Source: Lutibacter sp.
GTDB lineage: Bacteria; Bacteroidota; Bacteroidia; Flavobacteriales; Flavobacteriaceae
Assembly: GCF_013041805.1 (NCBI RefSeq)
Contig: NZ_JABDRI010000094.1
Span: 1 to 64,000 of the forward strand
Length of the DNA: 64,000 nucleotides
Reading direction: 5' to 3'
Within the stretch, counting starts at the first letter, position 1. The number at the start of each line of letters is the position of its first letter. Made by a program: the position numbers and the translations under genes. The notes below the pieces were generated by a model. The model was not told where the DNA came from, made no database searches, and saw only the letters and a list, made by a program, of their open reading frames with translations. This document shows positions 29,937-38,158 of the stretch, in pieces.

Positions 29937-30686
29937 TTAAGCTGTTAAATTATTAATTTTGATAAGTTTTCTTTTAAATCTATTGTATTTCAATTGTGGA
30001 TAAATATGTGTCATTCCAATACAATATTTACTAATACTATATGGGTTTATACATTTGTTTTTTAGTGCTTTTACAACAGGAGAAGCTCTATTAAAACGCT
30101 CTTGTTTTACTTCAATAATTACTAAATTTGAATAGTATTTTTCAGACTTGTTCATTTTGTAGAGAAGATTTAAATCTATTGTAAGTCTTTCTTTTACTTT
30201 AATATTTACTAAGGTTATTCTATTAAATTTATTCCAAATAATAGGTTTTAACTTCATTTTTTCTGAAGTGGTTTTTTCTATAAAATCTATTAAGCTTTTT
30301 GGTAAATTTGGTTCAAAGTCTTTAATTTGAATTCTGGATTTTGCGGTTTTTCCTTTACCGTCTTTTTGTTTAATTTCAAGAAAACAAATGTCAGATTCAA
30401 CGTACTTTCGCATTCTAACTTTTGTTCTGTTTATTTTTCCATTATGATGATCATTATAAAACTTTTTATCTTCCGTATCAAAGTATAGTGATGAATAAGT
30501 CATCATTCTATTTTCATTAATTTGAAGAACTTTGTATTGATCTTTAATAGTTTCTAAAACTTCAATTAATTTTTTTTCGTGAATTACAAATTTGGTATCT
30601 GTTCGTTTCATTAATGAAACACTATCCATTTCTTTTAAAGAAATAGATTCCAAATTATTTATAATATGTGATAGTTGTTCTTTCAT
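29937..30686 (-). CDS. VTC-domain (CYTH-like, polyphosphate-polymerase-like) protein
   Basis: N-terminal MKRTDTKF-type motif, then YFDTED, RTKVRMRKY and CFLEIKQKDGKG segments reminiscent of the VTC catalytic domain; about 250 aa. Confidence 0.5.
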   Translation of the reverse strand: MKEQLSHIINNLESISLKEMDSVSLMKRTDTKFVIHEKKLIEVLETIKDQYKVLQINENRMMTYSSLYFDTEDKKFYNDHHNGKINRTKVRMRKYVESDICFLEIKQKDGKGKTAKSRIQIKDFEPNLPKSLIDFIEKTTSEKMKLKPIIWNKFNRITLVNIKVKERLTIDLNLLYKMNKSEKYYSNLVIIEVKQERFNRASPVVKALKNKCINPYSISKYCIGMTHIYPQLKYNRFKRKLIKINNLTA

Positions 30687-30729
30687 GATGGAACAAATAA
30701 ACTACGTTTAGATAGTAATTGGAAAACAA

Positions 30730-30759
30730 ATCAATGAACTGGGAAGTTTTATCTATGAA
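30730..30759. promoter_or_regulatory. Direct repeat ATCAATGAA / ATCTATGAA, 21 bp apart, upstream of the VTC-like gene
   Basis: Cores at 30730 and 30751, lying 44-73 bp upstream of the ATG at 30686. Confidence 0.4.
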
Positions 30760-30867
30760 TTAGTTTCTATTAGTTGCAGATTTTTTTGTGAATAGTTGAA
30801 AAAAACCGCTTATACACAAACTATTAATTTATGATAAGCGGCTAGTTAACCAAACAAACAAACCTAA

Positions 30868-31257
30868 TTAATTCTTTCTTTTTTTTTCTCTTTTTTTAGA
30901 ACTATTATTTTTTAAATATGTTGTATATAATTTTTTTTGATCATTTGTTAATAACGCTTTAATATCGTTTTCAAGTGAGTTTTTTAAAGCTTCCATTTCA
31001 TTTCTATCAGGTTTTCTAGAACTTGTTTTATCTTCCACTTCTTCAAAATGTTTAGTATATAATTCCAATACTTGAGTTTCCTGTTCATCTGATAATAATA
31101 GGTCGTCTGATAAATCACTAACCATTGTATTAATTTTTTTAGCTGTTGGTAATGCTGGAGGTCCGCTTTGTCCACCTCTTTGTTGTCCGCATGCAGATGT
31201 TGTAATTACCAATACCACTGCTAACGTTTTCCAAATCTTGTTTATTTTTAATTTCAT
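30868..31257 (-). CDS. Periplasmic lipoprotein with LTXXQ motifs (Spy/CpxP-like family)
   Basis: Lipobox TSAC, two LxxxQ helices (LSDEQETQVLELY and LTNDQKKLYTTYL), and a basic C-terminal tail. Confidence 0.45.
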   Translation of the reverse strand: MKLKINKIWKTLAVVLVITTSACGQQRGGQSGPPALPTAKKINTMVSDLSDDLLLSDEQETQVLELYTKHFEEVEDKTSSRKPDRNEMEALKNSLENDIKALLTNDQKKLYTTYLKNNSSKKREKKRKN

Positions 31258-31328
31258 TTTTTTAATTTTTAAAAGGTTATTAAATTATGAAACAAAGAAA
31301 AGTAAGTTTTGAATAATTAAAAATAACA

Positions 31329-31356
31329 ATCAATGTTCAGAGAGTTTTCATCAACC
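31329..31356. promoter_or_regulatory. Direct repeat ATCAATG / ATCAACC, 21 bp apart, upstream of the LTXXQ gene
   Basis: Cores at 31329 and 31350, lying 72-99 bp upstream of the ATG at 31257. Confidence 0.35.
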
Positions 31357-31392
31357 AAATAAGTATAATTAATAACAACTGTATTTTTGGAA

Positions 31393-33132
31393 TTATACAG
31401 GCCAACTATTAAAAGGTTGTTTTTCGAACTGCATCGTGCCATCTTCTCCTTTAAATATATTAATCCACGCTTTCCAGTTTTCATTGTCTAATTCGGGGTA
31501 ATCTAATCGATAGTGACTACATCTACTTTCTGTTCGCATGATAGAAGCTTTTAATTTCATTTCAGCCGTAGTAATCATATTTGCCGTTTCATGTGCTAAG
31601 CGGAGTTCATGCATATTAGCAGCTCGTAACATGGGTACATGATGATCTCTTAATTCTTCAATATAGGCCAAAGCGGCGTTTAATAAATTTCCTTTTTTTA
31701 TGTAAATGATAAAATTAGGAATCATAATGCTTTGTAAGGTTTGTGTTACCCAAGCCGGACTATAACCTGCTTCTCGTTTTAAAGGGGCTAATATTTCTTC
31801 TTGAATTTCATTTATTTTTGAAGATGAAATAGAAGATTTTTCAACTGTTTTGCTATAAATCGCAGCTGCTTCACCAGCAATTCCACCTTGTACTGCAGAA
31901 CCAGCTAACGATGAACCTATTTGTGTATAAATTGCTCCTGCCATATAAGATCCTAAAGCATCTCCTGCAGCATATAACCCTGGAATATTAGATTCACATT
32001 TATCATTTATAGGAACCAGGCCTTCAGCCTTGTGAATTGACATTCCTGCTGAAGAACCTCCAACTACACTACCTCCCATTCCTGGAGGACCTCCTTCACG
32101 GTCTTTTCTTGGAGGTCTTTTATTATCGTCTTCTTCTCCACCTGGTCGGCTACTAGCTTTATTAAATTCTTCAGGTTTGTAGGGTCCTCCTGCTATTACT
32201 GTATCCTGTTTTCCCATTCTTGGAGGTCCGATTTGCGCAGAACCACCAGTCATATAGGCGGTGTAATTCATATCAACGCCTAAATCATGACGAATTTCAA
32301 TACTAGTAGTTTCAGGTTTTTTCTCAAACATATCTCCCCAACCATTATAACATGCAGCGGCATTTTCAGATCTAGCTGGGTGACCATCATTCCATTCTTT
32401 ACCTGTAACTTTTGCACCAATATTGTAGGCCATTATGGTTCCATCATGTGTTAAGTCGCAAATAGGAAAACCATTAGGTTTAAACCCCCCTGCGCCAGTG
32501 CAAAGTATAACACTTTTAGCTTCATAAAAAATCACTTTTTCTTTGTCAATACTAAAACCCGCAGCCCCTACAATTTTGTTGTTTTCTTTTATTAAATGAG
32601 TAATTGCAATTCGTTCCTGTAGCGGAATATTGCGTTCATTTATGGGTTTACTAAAACTTTTGTTGTACAATGTAGAATCAAAAAACCCCCATTCTTTTAA
32701 TTCGTTAACCCGATCTAATGAATGTTCTGCCAATTGTTTAGTATAAACCGTATTATTGGTTCCTAATGCTGATCTAGAAACAGCTTCAGTAAATTCGTCA
32801 ATACTTAATTTTTCTTTTTTTGGATCGTAAGCAAAAATTCCTTTGGCAAAAGGCGTTTGACCCGAAGCACCCAATCTTCCTTTGGAAACCATTAATACTT
32901 TAGCACCGGCATCGTGCGCTTTTACAGCCGCAAAAAGTCCTGCCATTCCACCACCAATAACTAGTACATCGGTACTTATTTTATCACTTTCTAAACTATC
33001 TATATCTATTTCAGGTTCATTTAGCGCCCAGTCTAAAGGTACTCCCATAGCTGAAATAGCGGCAAAACTTGCAGCGCCTCCTGCTAAGGTTATAAATTTT
33101 CTTCTTGAGAGATTATTTGTTGATTTTTTCAT
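31393..33132 (-). CDS. Tat-exported FAD-dependent oxidoreductase of the fumarate-reductase / succinate-dehydrogenase flavoprotein superfamily, carrying an unusual Gly/Pro-rich insertion
   Basis: Twin-arginine signal SRRKFITLAGGAASFAAISAMG. Dinucleotide-binding motif VLVIGGGMAGLFAAVKAHDAGAKV. The C-terminal family motif RTESRCSHYRLDYPELDNENW. A low-complexity insert around residues 296-365 (positions about 32040..32250). Confidence 0.7.
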   Translation of the reverse strand: MKKSTNNLSRRKFITLAGGAASFAAISAMGVPLDWALNEPEIDIDSLESDKISTDVLVIGGGMAGLFAAVKAHDAGAKVLMVSKGRLGASGQTPFAKGIFAYDPKKEKLSIDEFTEAVSRSALGTNNTVYTKQLAEHSLDRVNELKEWGFFDSTLYNKSFSKPINERNIPLQERIAITHLIKENNKIVGAAGFSIDKEKVIFYEAKSVILCTGAGGFKPNGFPICDLTHDGTIMAYNIGAKVTGKEWNDGHPARSENAAACYNGWGDMFEKKPETTSIEIRHDLGVDMNYTAYMTGGSAQIGPPRMGKQDTVIAGGPYKPEEFNKASSRPGGEEDDNKRPPRKDREGGPPGMGGSVVGGSSAGMSIHKAEGLVPINDKCESNIPGLYAAGDALGSYMAGAIYTQIGSSLAGSAVQGGIAGEAAAIYSKTVEKSSISSSKINEIQEEILAPLKREAGYSPAWVTQTLQSIMIPNFIIYIKKGNLLNAALAYIEELRDHHVPMLRAANMHELRLAHETANMITTAEMKLKASIMRTESRCSHYRLDYPELDNENWKAWINIFKGEDGTMQFEKQPFNSWPV

Positions 33133-33769
33133 TTTTTGAAGTTTTAAAAAAATAGGTTTTTAGCAAATAGAAAATACCACTAACAACTATTAATAAATAG
33201 TAAATTGAGAAAGAGGTATTGCTATGTCGCCCTATATTAATCACATGCCAAGTGGCTGTTACTATAAAAAGTAGTGTAAAATAACCATGTAAACTTCTCC
33301 AGATTCTGTAACTTAAATTCAATTTGAACCTACAGAAAGAAGTAATTATTAAAATGACCATGCTAGTATATGCAATTAACCCTAAAATTACACCTGCGCT
33401 ACTAAAGGTTGTTATCAACCTATAAAAAGCATCAGTAGGTGTAACTGTATTATCGAAAAACTTTGGAACTATGATAAAGAAAGGATGCAATAACAATATT
33501 GAAATAAATACATATCCAACTATTTTATGAATTTTAAGCACATTTACCATTCGAATATCTTTTACTAATTTTCTATTCATTCTAGTTGAAAAGAATTGTG
33601 AAACGAGCAAAGTAAATCCTACAATAGTAGTAATTGATAAGATTTCCTTAAGTGAATTTCTTCTAGGAAATTCTGATATATAATAAAGCAATATAGGTAC
33701 AATTATAAAAAGGATTGTGAGTATTATAAGTCGGAATATGTGTCGTTTCTTTTTCATAATTAGCCCCAT
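33113..33769 (-). CDS. Di-haem ferric-reductase-like transmembrane protein (MsrQ/YedZ-type b-type cytochrome)
   Basis: Six predicted TM helices and two His pairs with the bis-haem spacing: HKIVGYVFISILLLH (H-x14-H) and HGYFTLLFIVTATWH (H-x13-H). It overlaps both neighbouring genes by a few codons. Confidence 0.55.
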   Translation of the reverse strand: MGLIMKKKRHIFRLIILTILFIIVPILLYYISEFPRRNSLKEILSITTIVGFTLLVSQFFSTRMNRKLVKDIRMVNVLKIHKIVGYVFISILLLHPFFIIVPKFFDNTVTPTDAFYRLITTFSSAGVILGLIAYTSMVILIITSFCRFKLNLSYRIWRSLHGYFTLLFIVTATWHVINIGRHSNTSFSIYYLLIVVSGIFYLLKTYFFKTSKNEKINK

Positions 33770-33975
33770 GAAACGATTACTGGAATGGATTTTTCTGGTG
33801 TGATTGTTATCGCATCAACTGGACAATACATTCTGCATAAATGACAGATTTGACAATCTTCAGGAAATAAAATTTCAGCTTTTTTTGAATCAGGATTCAA
33901 CCTGATTACATCAGTAGGGCAGCTTTTAATACACTCTTCGCACCCTATACAACCGTTAATACTTTTAATTGCCAT
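33760..33975 (-). CDS. Cytoplasmic 2[4Fe-4S] dicluster ferredoxin
   Basis: Two CxxCxxCxxxCP motifs, CIGCEECIKSCP and CQICHLCRMYCP; 71 aa and no signal peptide. Confidence 0.8.
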   Translation of the reverse strand: MAIKSINGCIGCEECIKSCPTDVIRLNPDSKKAEILFPEDCQICHLCRMYCPVDAITITPEKSIPVIVSWG

Positions 33976-34039
33976 GATTCCTTGTTTTCTAGTCTCAATT
34001 TAGATAACAAAGTAATGCTCTATGCTAGTTATATTAAAA

Positions 34040-34070
34040 AAGAATCAATGAGTTGAGTTAAAGAATCAAT
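34040..34070. promoter_or_regulatory. Perfect 10-bp direct repeat AAGAATCAAT x2, 21 bp apart, upstream of the ferredoxin operon
   Basis: Copies at 34040..34049 and 34061..34070, lying 65-95 bp upstream of the ferredoxin ATG at 33975. Confidence 0.45.
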
Positions 34071-34139
34071 AAATGAGATAATTTTAACAACGAATAAAAA
34101 TTAAAAAAATGATATTTTAAGACTTAGAAAAGATTGATA

Positions 34140-35243
34140 TTAATCTTCGTCAGGACTTGATTCCTTTTTTTCATCAATAAGAAGTCCAATTTTTTTAGCT
34201 CTTACCTCCCAATTTTTACGAGCTAAATTTTGTAAATCTTCAACATTATCACTTTCATCCATTATTTCAAGGCCAAGTAGTGTTTCAATAACATCTTCCA
34301 TAGTTACTAAACCGCTTGTTGTACCATATTCATCAACAACCAAAGCTATATGTTCTCGTTTTGCTACAAATTTTGAAAATAAATCAGGGATAGGTAAATT
34401 TCTATTAGTAACTAGAATTTCTCGTTTAATATTAGAAAGTGATTTATTTCCATTTCCGTTAATAATTTCTTCTAAAACTTCACCTTTTAAAATAAAACCA
34501 GTAATATTATCAGGACTAGTTTTAAAAATGGGGATTCTAGAAAATTGAAGTTTGGGATGTTTATCAAAAAAAACTTGAATTGTTTCATCTTCAGAAGCTG
34601 TAATCATAACTGTTCTAGGGGTCATAATATCTTTTGACTGAACATCTTTAAATGTAAGTAAGTTTTTAATAATAGCACTTTCATTTTCTTCAAAAACACC
34701 TTCCTCTTGAGCAATATCAGTCATAGTATGAAAATCTTCCCTACTAAATACAGAACCGTGTACACTTTTACCACCAATTAATTTTGTTGTTAGTTGCAAA
34801 AGCCATAGAATACCTGTCCATTTTAAAGGAAAAATTAATAAAATCAATGCTTTTGAGGTAATATTTGCAAGCGGTTGCCAATACGTTGCCCCTATTGTTT
34901 TTGGTATTATTTCAGAAACAACTAAAATTAATATAGTCATAATTGCTGATACTATACCTACAATATTTACACCAAGTATGTTTACTTTAATATCTAATGT
35001 CTCAGCTTGAACTCCAACTAAAATTGCTCCAACCGTATGTGCAATTGTATTAACAGTTAAAATAGCGATTAAAGGTTTATCAACGTCGTTCTTTAAGTCT
35101 TCAAGTGTTAACGCAAATTTTTTCCCTTCTTGCTTTTTTATTGAAATAAAAGTTGAAGTAATACTAAGTAATACAGCTTCCATGATGGAACAAATGAAAG
35201 AGAACAAAATTGAAACGGTAGCGTAAAGTATTAATAACGACAT
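34140..35243 (-). CDS. CNNM/DUF21 plus CBS-pair membrane protein (hemolysin / HlyC-CorC family)
   Basis: N-terminal four-TM DUF21 region followed by tandem CBS domains. Confidence 0.75.
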   Translation of the reverse strand: MSLLILYATVSILFSFICSIMEAVLLSITSTFISIKKQEGKKFALTLEDLKNDVDKPLIAILTVNTIAHTVGAILVGVQAETLDIKVNILGVNIVGIVSAIMTILILVVSEIIPKTIGATYWQPLANITSKALILLIFPLKWTGILWLLQLTTKLIGGKSVHGSVFSREDFHTMTDIAQEEGVFEENESAIIKNLLTFKDVQSKDIMTPRTVMITASEDETIQVFFDKHPKLQFSRIPIFKTSPDNITGFILKGEVLEEIINGNGNKSLSNIKREILVTNRNLPIPDLFSKFVAKREHIALVVDEYGTTSGLVTMEDVIETLLGLEIMDESDNVEDLQNLARKNWEVRAKKIGLLIDEKKESSPDED

Positions 35244-35285
35244 TTTAATAGATGTTTAATTGCTAAAATAACTAATTTATATGAA

Positions 35286-35318
35286 ACAAAAAGATGCTTT
35301 ATGTAAAGCATCTTTTTG
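35286..35318. terminator. Rho-independent terminator, bidirectional in appearance
   Basis: aaaagatgcttta-tg-taaagcatctttt with flanking A and T runs, lying just downstream of the 35339 gene's 3' end. Confidence 0.65.
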
Positions 35319-35338
35319 TTAGGATATATTTTTTGAAA

Positions 35339-36187
35339 TTAAAACCCGTAATTAACACCTAAGCCAAAAACTTCTCTTGTTTGAAATCCTTCAAACGCAT
35401 TATCATCATAAATTGTTTGAAAACTAAGGTTAGCAGACAAGTACTTGTTTACTGCCATTACAATATTCATAGTGTAATCTAAATCTACATTTTGTGGGTC
35501 TTCTAAGTAGTTTGAATATAAATTTAAGATATTTTCCATACTTACATTTGGCATCAAATTAAATTTAGCATAAGCGCCAATTGCTGCTCCAAATTCAAAA
35601 CGTGTACTTTTTCCTTCTTCAACACCAAAATAAGCATCGTTAGGTAAGGTTAAATTTTTGTCTACAATTACTAATTTTGCAGTTGCAGGAGCAAAGTTAA
35701 TTTTTAAGTTATCAGACTTTTTCCATAACATACCTGGTCCAAACTGCAAATAACCTGGAGATAAAAATTTAGTAGGCCCATCTGTATCACTATCTAAGTC
35801 ATCAGCAAATTGAGTTTTGAAATTTAAAAAAGCAGAATAAAACCAATTACCTGAAGCTTTTTTCCCTATTAAAGAGTTCCATTCAATTCTATCATCAGAT
35901 TTCTGAACATCTTCTCCTTTAATTTTAGTCAGTCCAAATGCTAATATTAATTTATTATCCCAATTTAAATCACCTTTTTTATAGTTAAAATCGTAGTTTA
36001 AACCAACAGTACCAGTTACGTTACTTTGCCCACCAGCAATCCAATTATTAAAAGCAGATTGATTTACTAGGAATGAGATGTTTCCTGATTTTACCCATCC
36101 ATCTTTTGGTCCCTCTTCGTTATCTTGCGCAAAAGACAGCGTACAAGATAATATTGCAATAAGTAATAAAGTAATTTTTTTCATCAT
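35339..36187 (-). CDS. Outer-membrane beta-barrel protein, DUF3078-like, paralog 1
   Basis: Signal peptide, motif GWVKSGNISFLVNQSAFNNW, and C-terminal ...GLGVNYGF. Confidence 0.5.
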   Translation of the reverse strand: MMKKITLLLIAILSCTLSFAQDNEEGPKDGWVKSGNISFLVNQSAFNNWIAGGQSNVTGTVGLNYDFNYKKGDLNWDNKLILAFGLTKIKGEDVQKSDDRIEWNSLIGKKASGNWFYSAFLNFKTQFADDLDSDTDGPTKFLSPGYLQFGPGMLWKKSDNLKINFAPATAKLVIVDKNLTLPNDAYFGVEEGKSTRFEFGAAIGAYAKFNLMPNVSMENILNLYSNYLEDPQNVDLDYTMNIVMAVNKYLSANLSFQTIYDDNAFEGFQTREVFGLGVNYGF

Positions 36188-36332
36188 GTTTTGTTTTTAA
36201 AATAAGTTTGCAAAAGTATATTAATTAATATTAATAACGTTTAAAAATGTTATTAATTTTCAATTACTAAAATACTGATTTATAAATAAGTAAAAAAATT
36301 ATTTTAGAGTGAATTGAAAATTATTTCAAAAG

Positions 36333-37208
36333 TTAAAAATCATATTTAACCCCAAAGCCAAAAACCTCTCTAAGTTGGAATCCCTCAAAAGCATTATCAT
36401 CATAAATGGTTTGAAAAATAAAATTTGTAGTAAAATATTTATTAATTTTCATAAATATAGTTAGGGTGTAATCTAAATCTAAGTTTTGAGGATCTTCTAA
36501 GTAGTTAGAGTATAAAGCAATTATATTTTCTGCCGAAATATTTTCCATTAACTCAACTTTTAAATATCCAGTAGCGCTAAAGCCAAGTTCGAGCCTGGTG
36601 CTTTTACCTTCTTCTACACCAAAGTATTCACCATTAGGTAAAGTAAAATTTTTATCTACAATTATTAGTTTAGTCGTTGCGGGAGCAATATTAAATTTAA
36701 AATCTTCACTTTTCTCCCAAAGCATCCCAGGACCTAATAAGAAAGTAGCTGGAGAGAAAAAGTTAGTATGTTCTCTTCTATCTTCTATTCCTTGATCCGT
36801 TTTAAAATATTTAAACCCTTTAGTAAATTGTGTTTTAAAATTGAAGAGGACAGAATAGTACCAGTAATTGTCGGCATTAATACCTAAAAGGGAATTTAGT
36901 TCAAATCGGTCATCTGTTTTCTTCTCAAATTCATTATTTTTACTTTTGGTTAAACCATATGAACTAATAATATTATTTTTCCAAGTAGTATTTCCTTTTC
37001 TAAAATTAAATTTATAATTTAAACTAACATTTCCAGCAATTGTATTATCACCACCAGCAACCCAATTATTAAAAGCAGATTGATTAAAAATAAATGAAAT
37101 ATTCCCACTTTTTACCCATCCTTGTTTAACTATTTTTTTTTCTTGTGAAAAAAAAGTAGCGTAGTTCAGTAGAATAATAATAAGTAGTAATAATTCTTTC
37201 GTTTTCAT
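36333..37208 (-). CDS. Outer-membrane beta-barrel protein, DUF3078-like, paralog 2
   Basis: About 50% identical to 35339..36187 (GWVKSGNISFIFNQSAFNNW ... GFGVKYDF). Confidence 0.5.
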   Translation of the reverse strand: MKTKELLLLIIILLNYATFFSQEKKIVKQGWVKSGNISFIFNQSAFNNWVAGGDNTIAGNVSLNYKFNFRKGNTTWKNNIISSYGLTKSKNNEFEKKTDDRFELNSLLGINADNYWYYSVLFNFKTQFTKGFKYFKTDQGIEDRREHTNFFSPATFLLGPGMLWEKSEDFKFNIAPATTKLIIVDKNFTLPNGEYFGVEEGKSTRLELGFSATGYLKVELMENISAENIIALYSNYLEDPQNLDLDYTLTIFMKINKYFTTNFIFQTIYDDNAFEGFQLREVFGFGVKYDF

Positions 37209-37281
37209 GCCGCCTAAAAATTAAGCGAGCAAATTTATAGCACATAAAACGATTATAAAAATAAAATTATAGTTTTTTAAC

Positions 37282-37800
37282 TTATTTTTTAAATAAGGGT
37301 ACTGTAGAGCATGCTTCACCAAACATGATTGATTTGGCAACGGGTTGTAATTTTTCAATCAACTGAATATAAGCTGTTTCAGGAATAGGTTTACTTGAAC
37401 AGCCTTTAATAATTACAGGTTTATTGGTATATGTTTCAAGAGGAAAAGACTGAATAATGTCATAAAAAATAGAAGTTTCTAGGTCTTTTAAATTCCCAAC
37501 AACTATTTTTTTTGCGAATGGAGTTAAATAGGTTGTAATAAGCATATATGCCCACGATGGAATTATAGCATCACTACTACAAGTAAGCGCTACAAAACTA
37601 TTTTCATATTGAGTCCAATCATGATTTTTTAAATGTTCCCGAAACGCTATTTCCTTTAAAATGAATTCTTCAAACAACCAGTTTTTAATGTCAAGGATAG
37701 TTCTTTTCCCTTGTGGATAAAACTCTTCAAGATCAATTGTTTGCAACTTGCTTTTAGCAACTCTATTTATAATTTCATCAGGCATTTTAAAGAAATCCAA
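37282..37800 (-). CDS. Hypothetical protein, possibly DUF2480-like, conserved downstream of sufE/DUF59
   Basis: No recognisable catalytic motif. It overlaps the DUF59 gene by 14 bp, which suggests co-transcription. Confidence 0.35.
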   Translation of the reverse strand: MDFFKMPDEIINRVAKSKLQTIDLEEFYPQGKRTILDIKNWLFEEFILKEIAFREHLKNHDWTQYENSFVALTCSSDAIIPSWAYMLITTYLTPFAKKIVVGNLKDLETSIFYDIIQSFPLETYTNKPVIIKGCSSKPIPETAYIQLIEKLQPVAKSIMFGEACSTVPLFKK

Positions 37801-38107
37801 GTTCTAATTTAGCTTCTTCACTCATCATATCTTGTGTCCAAATAGGGTCAAAAGTAATTTCAACTTCAGTACTTTTTACTTCTTCTAAAGTTGTTACTTT
37901 TTCTTCTATCTCTACAGGTAAAGTTTCTGCAACTGGGCAATTTGGAGATGTTAGTGTCATTAAAATTTTAACATCGTTATTATCACTAACCATCACATCA
38001 TAAATTAATCCTAATTCATAGATATCCACAGGGATTTCAGGATCATAAATGGATTTTAAAACTTCAACTATTTTAATACCTAGTTCTTCTACGCGTTCAC
38101 TACTCAT
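37787..38107 (-). CDS. DUF59 / MIP18-family Fe-S cluster assembly protein (SufT/PaaD-like)
   Basis: IYDPEIPVDIYELGLIY motif; about 106 aa. Confidence 0.7.
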   Translation of the reverse strand: MSSERVEELGIKIVEVLKSIYDPEIPVDIYELGLIYDVMVSDNNDVKILMTLTSPNCPVAETLPVEIEEKVTTLEEVKSTEVEITFDPIWTQDMMSEEAKLELGFL

Positions 38108-38158
38108 TTCAATAAACTCTGTTTATATTGATTCTAAATAAGTGCAAATATACATGAA

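Noticed and set aside
30687-30867. Long-loop hairpin ccgcttat...ataagcgg at about 30810..30850, downstream of the LTXXQ gene
   Set aside because: Its 20-nt loop and weak U-tract make it a poor intrinsic terminator.
32040-32250. Whether the Gly/Pro-rich low-complexity stretch in the Tat flavoprotein is a frameshift or assembly artefact
   Set aside because: The reading frame is continuous and conserved family motifs lie in frame on both sides. I therefore kept it as a genuine insertion, reported in the findings, rather than calling a pseudogene.
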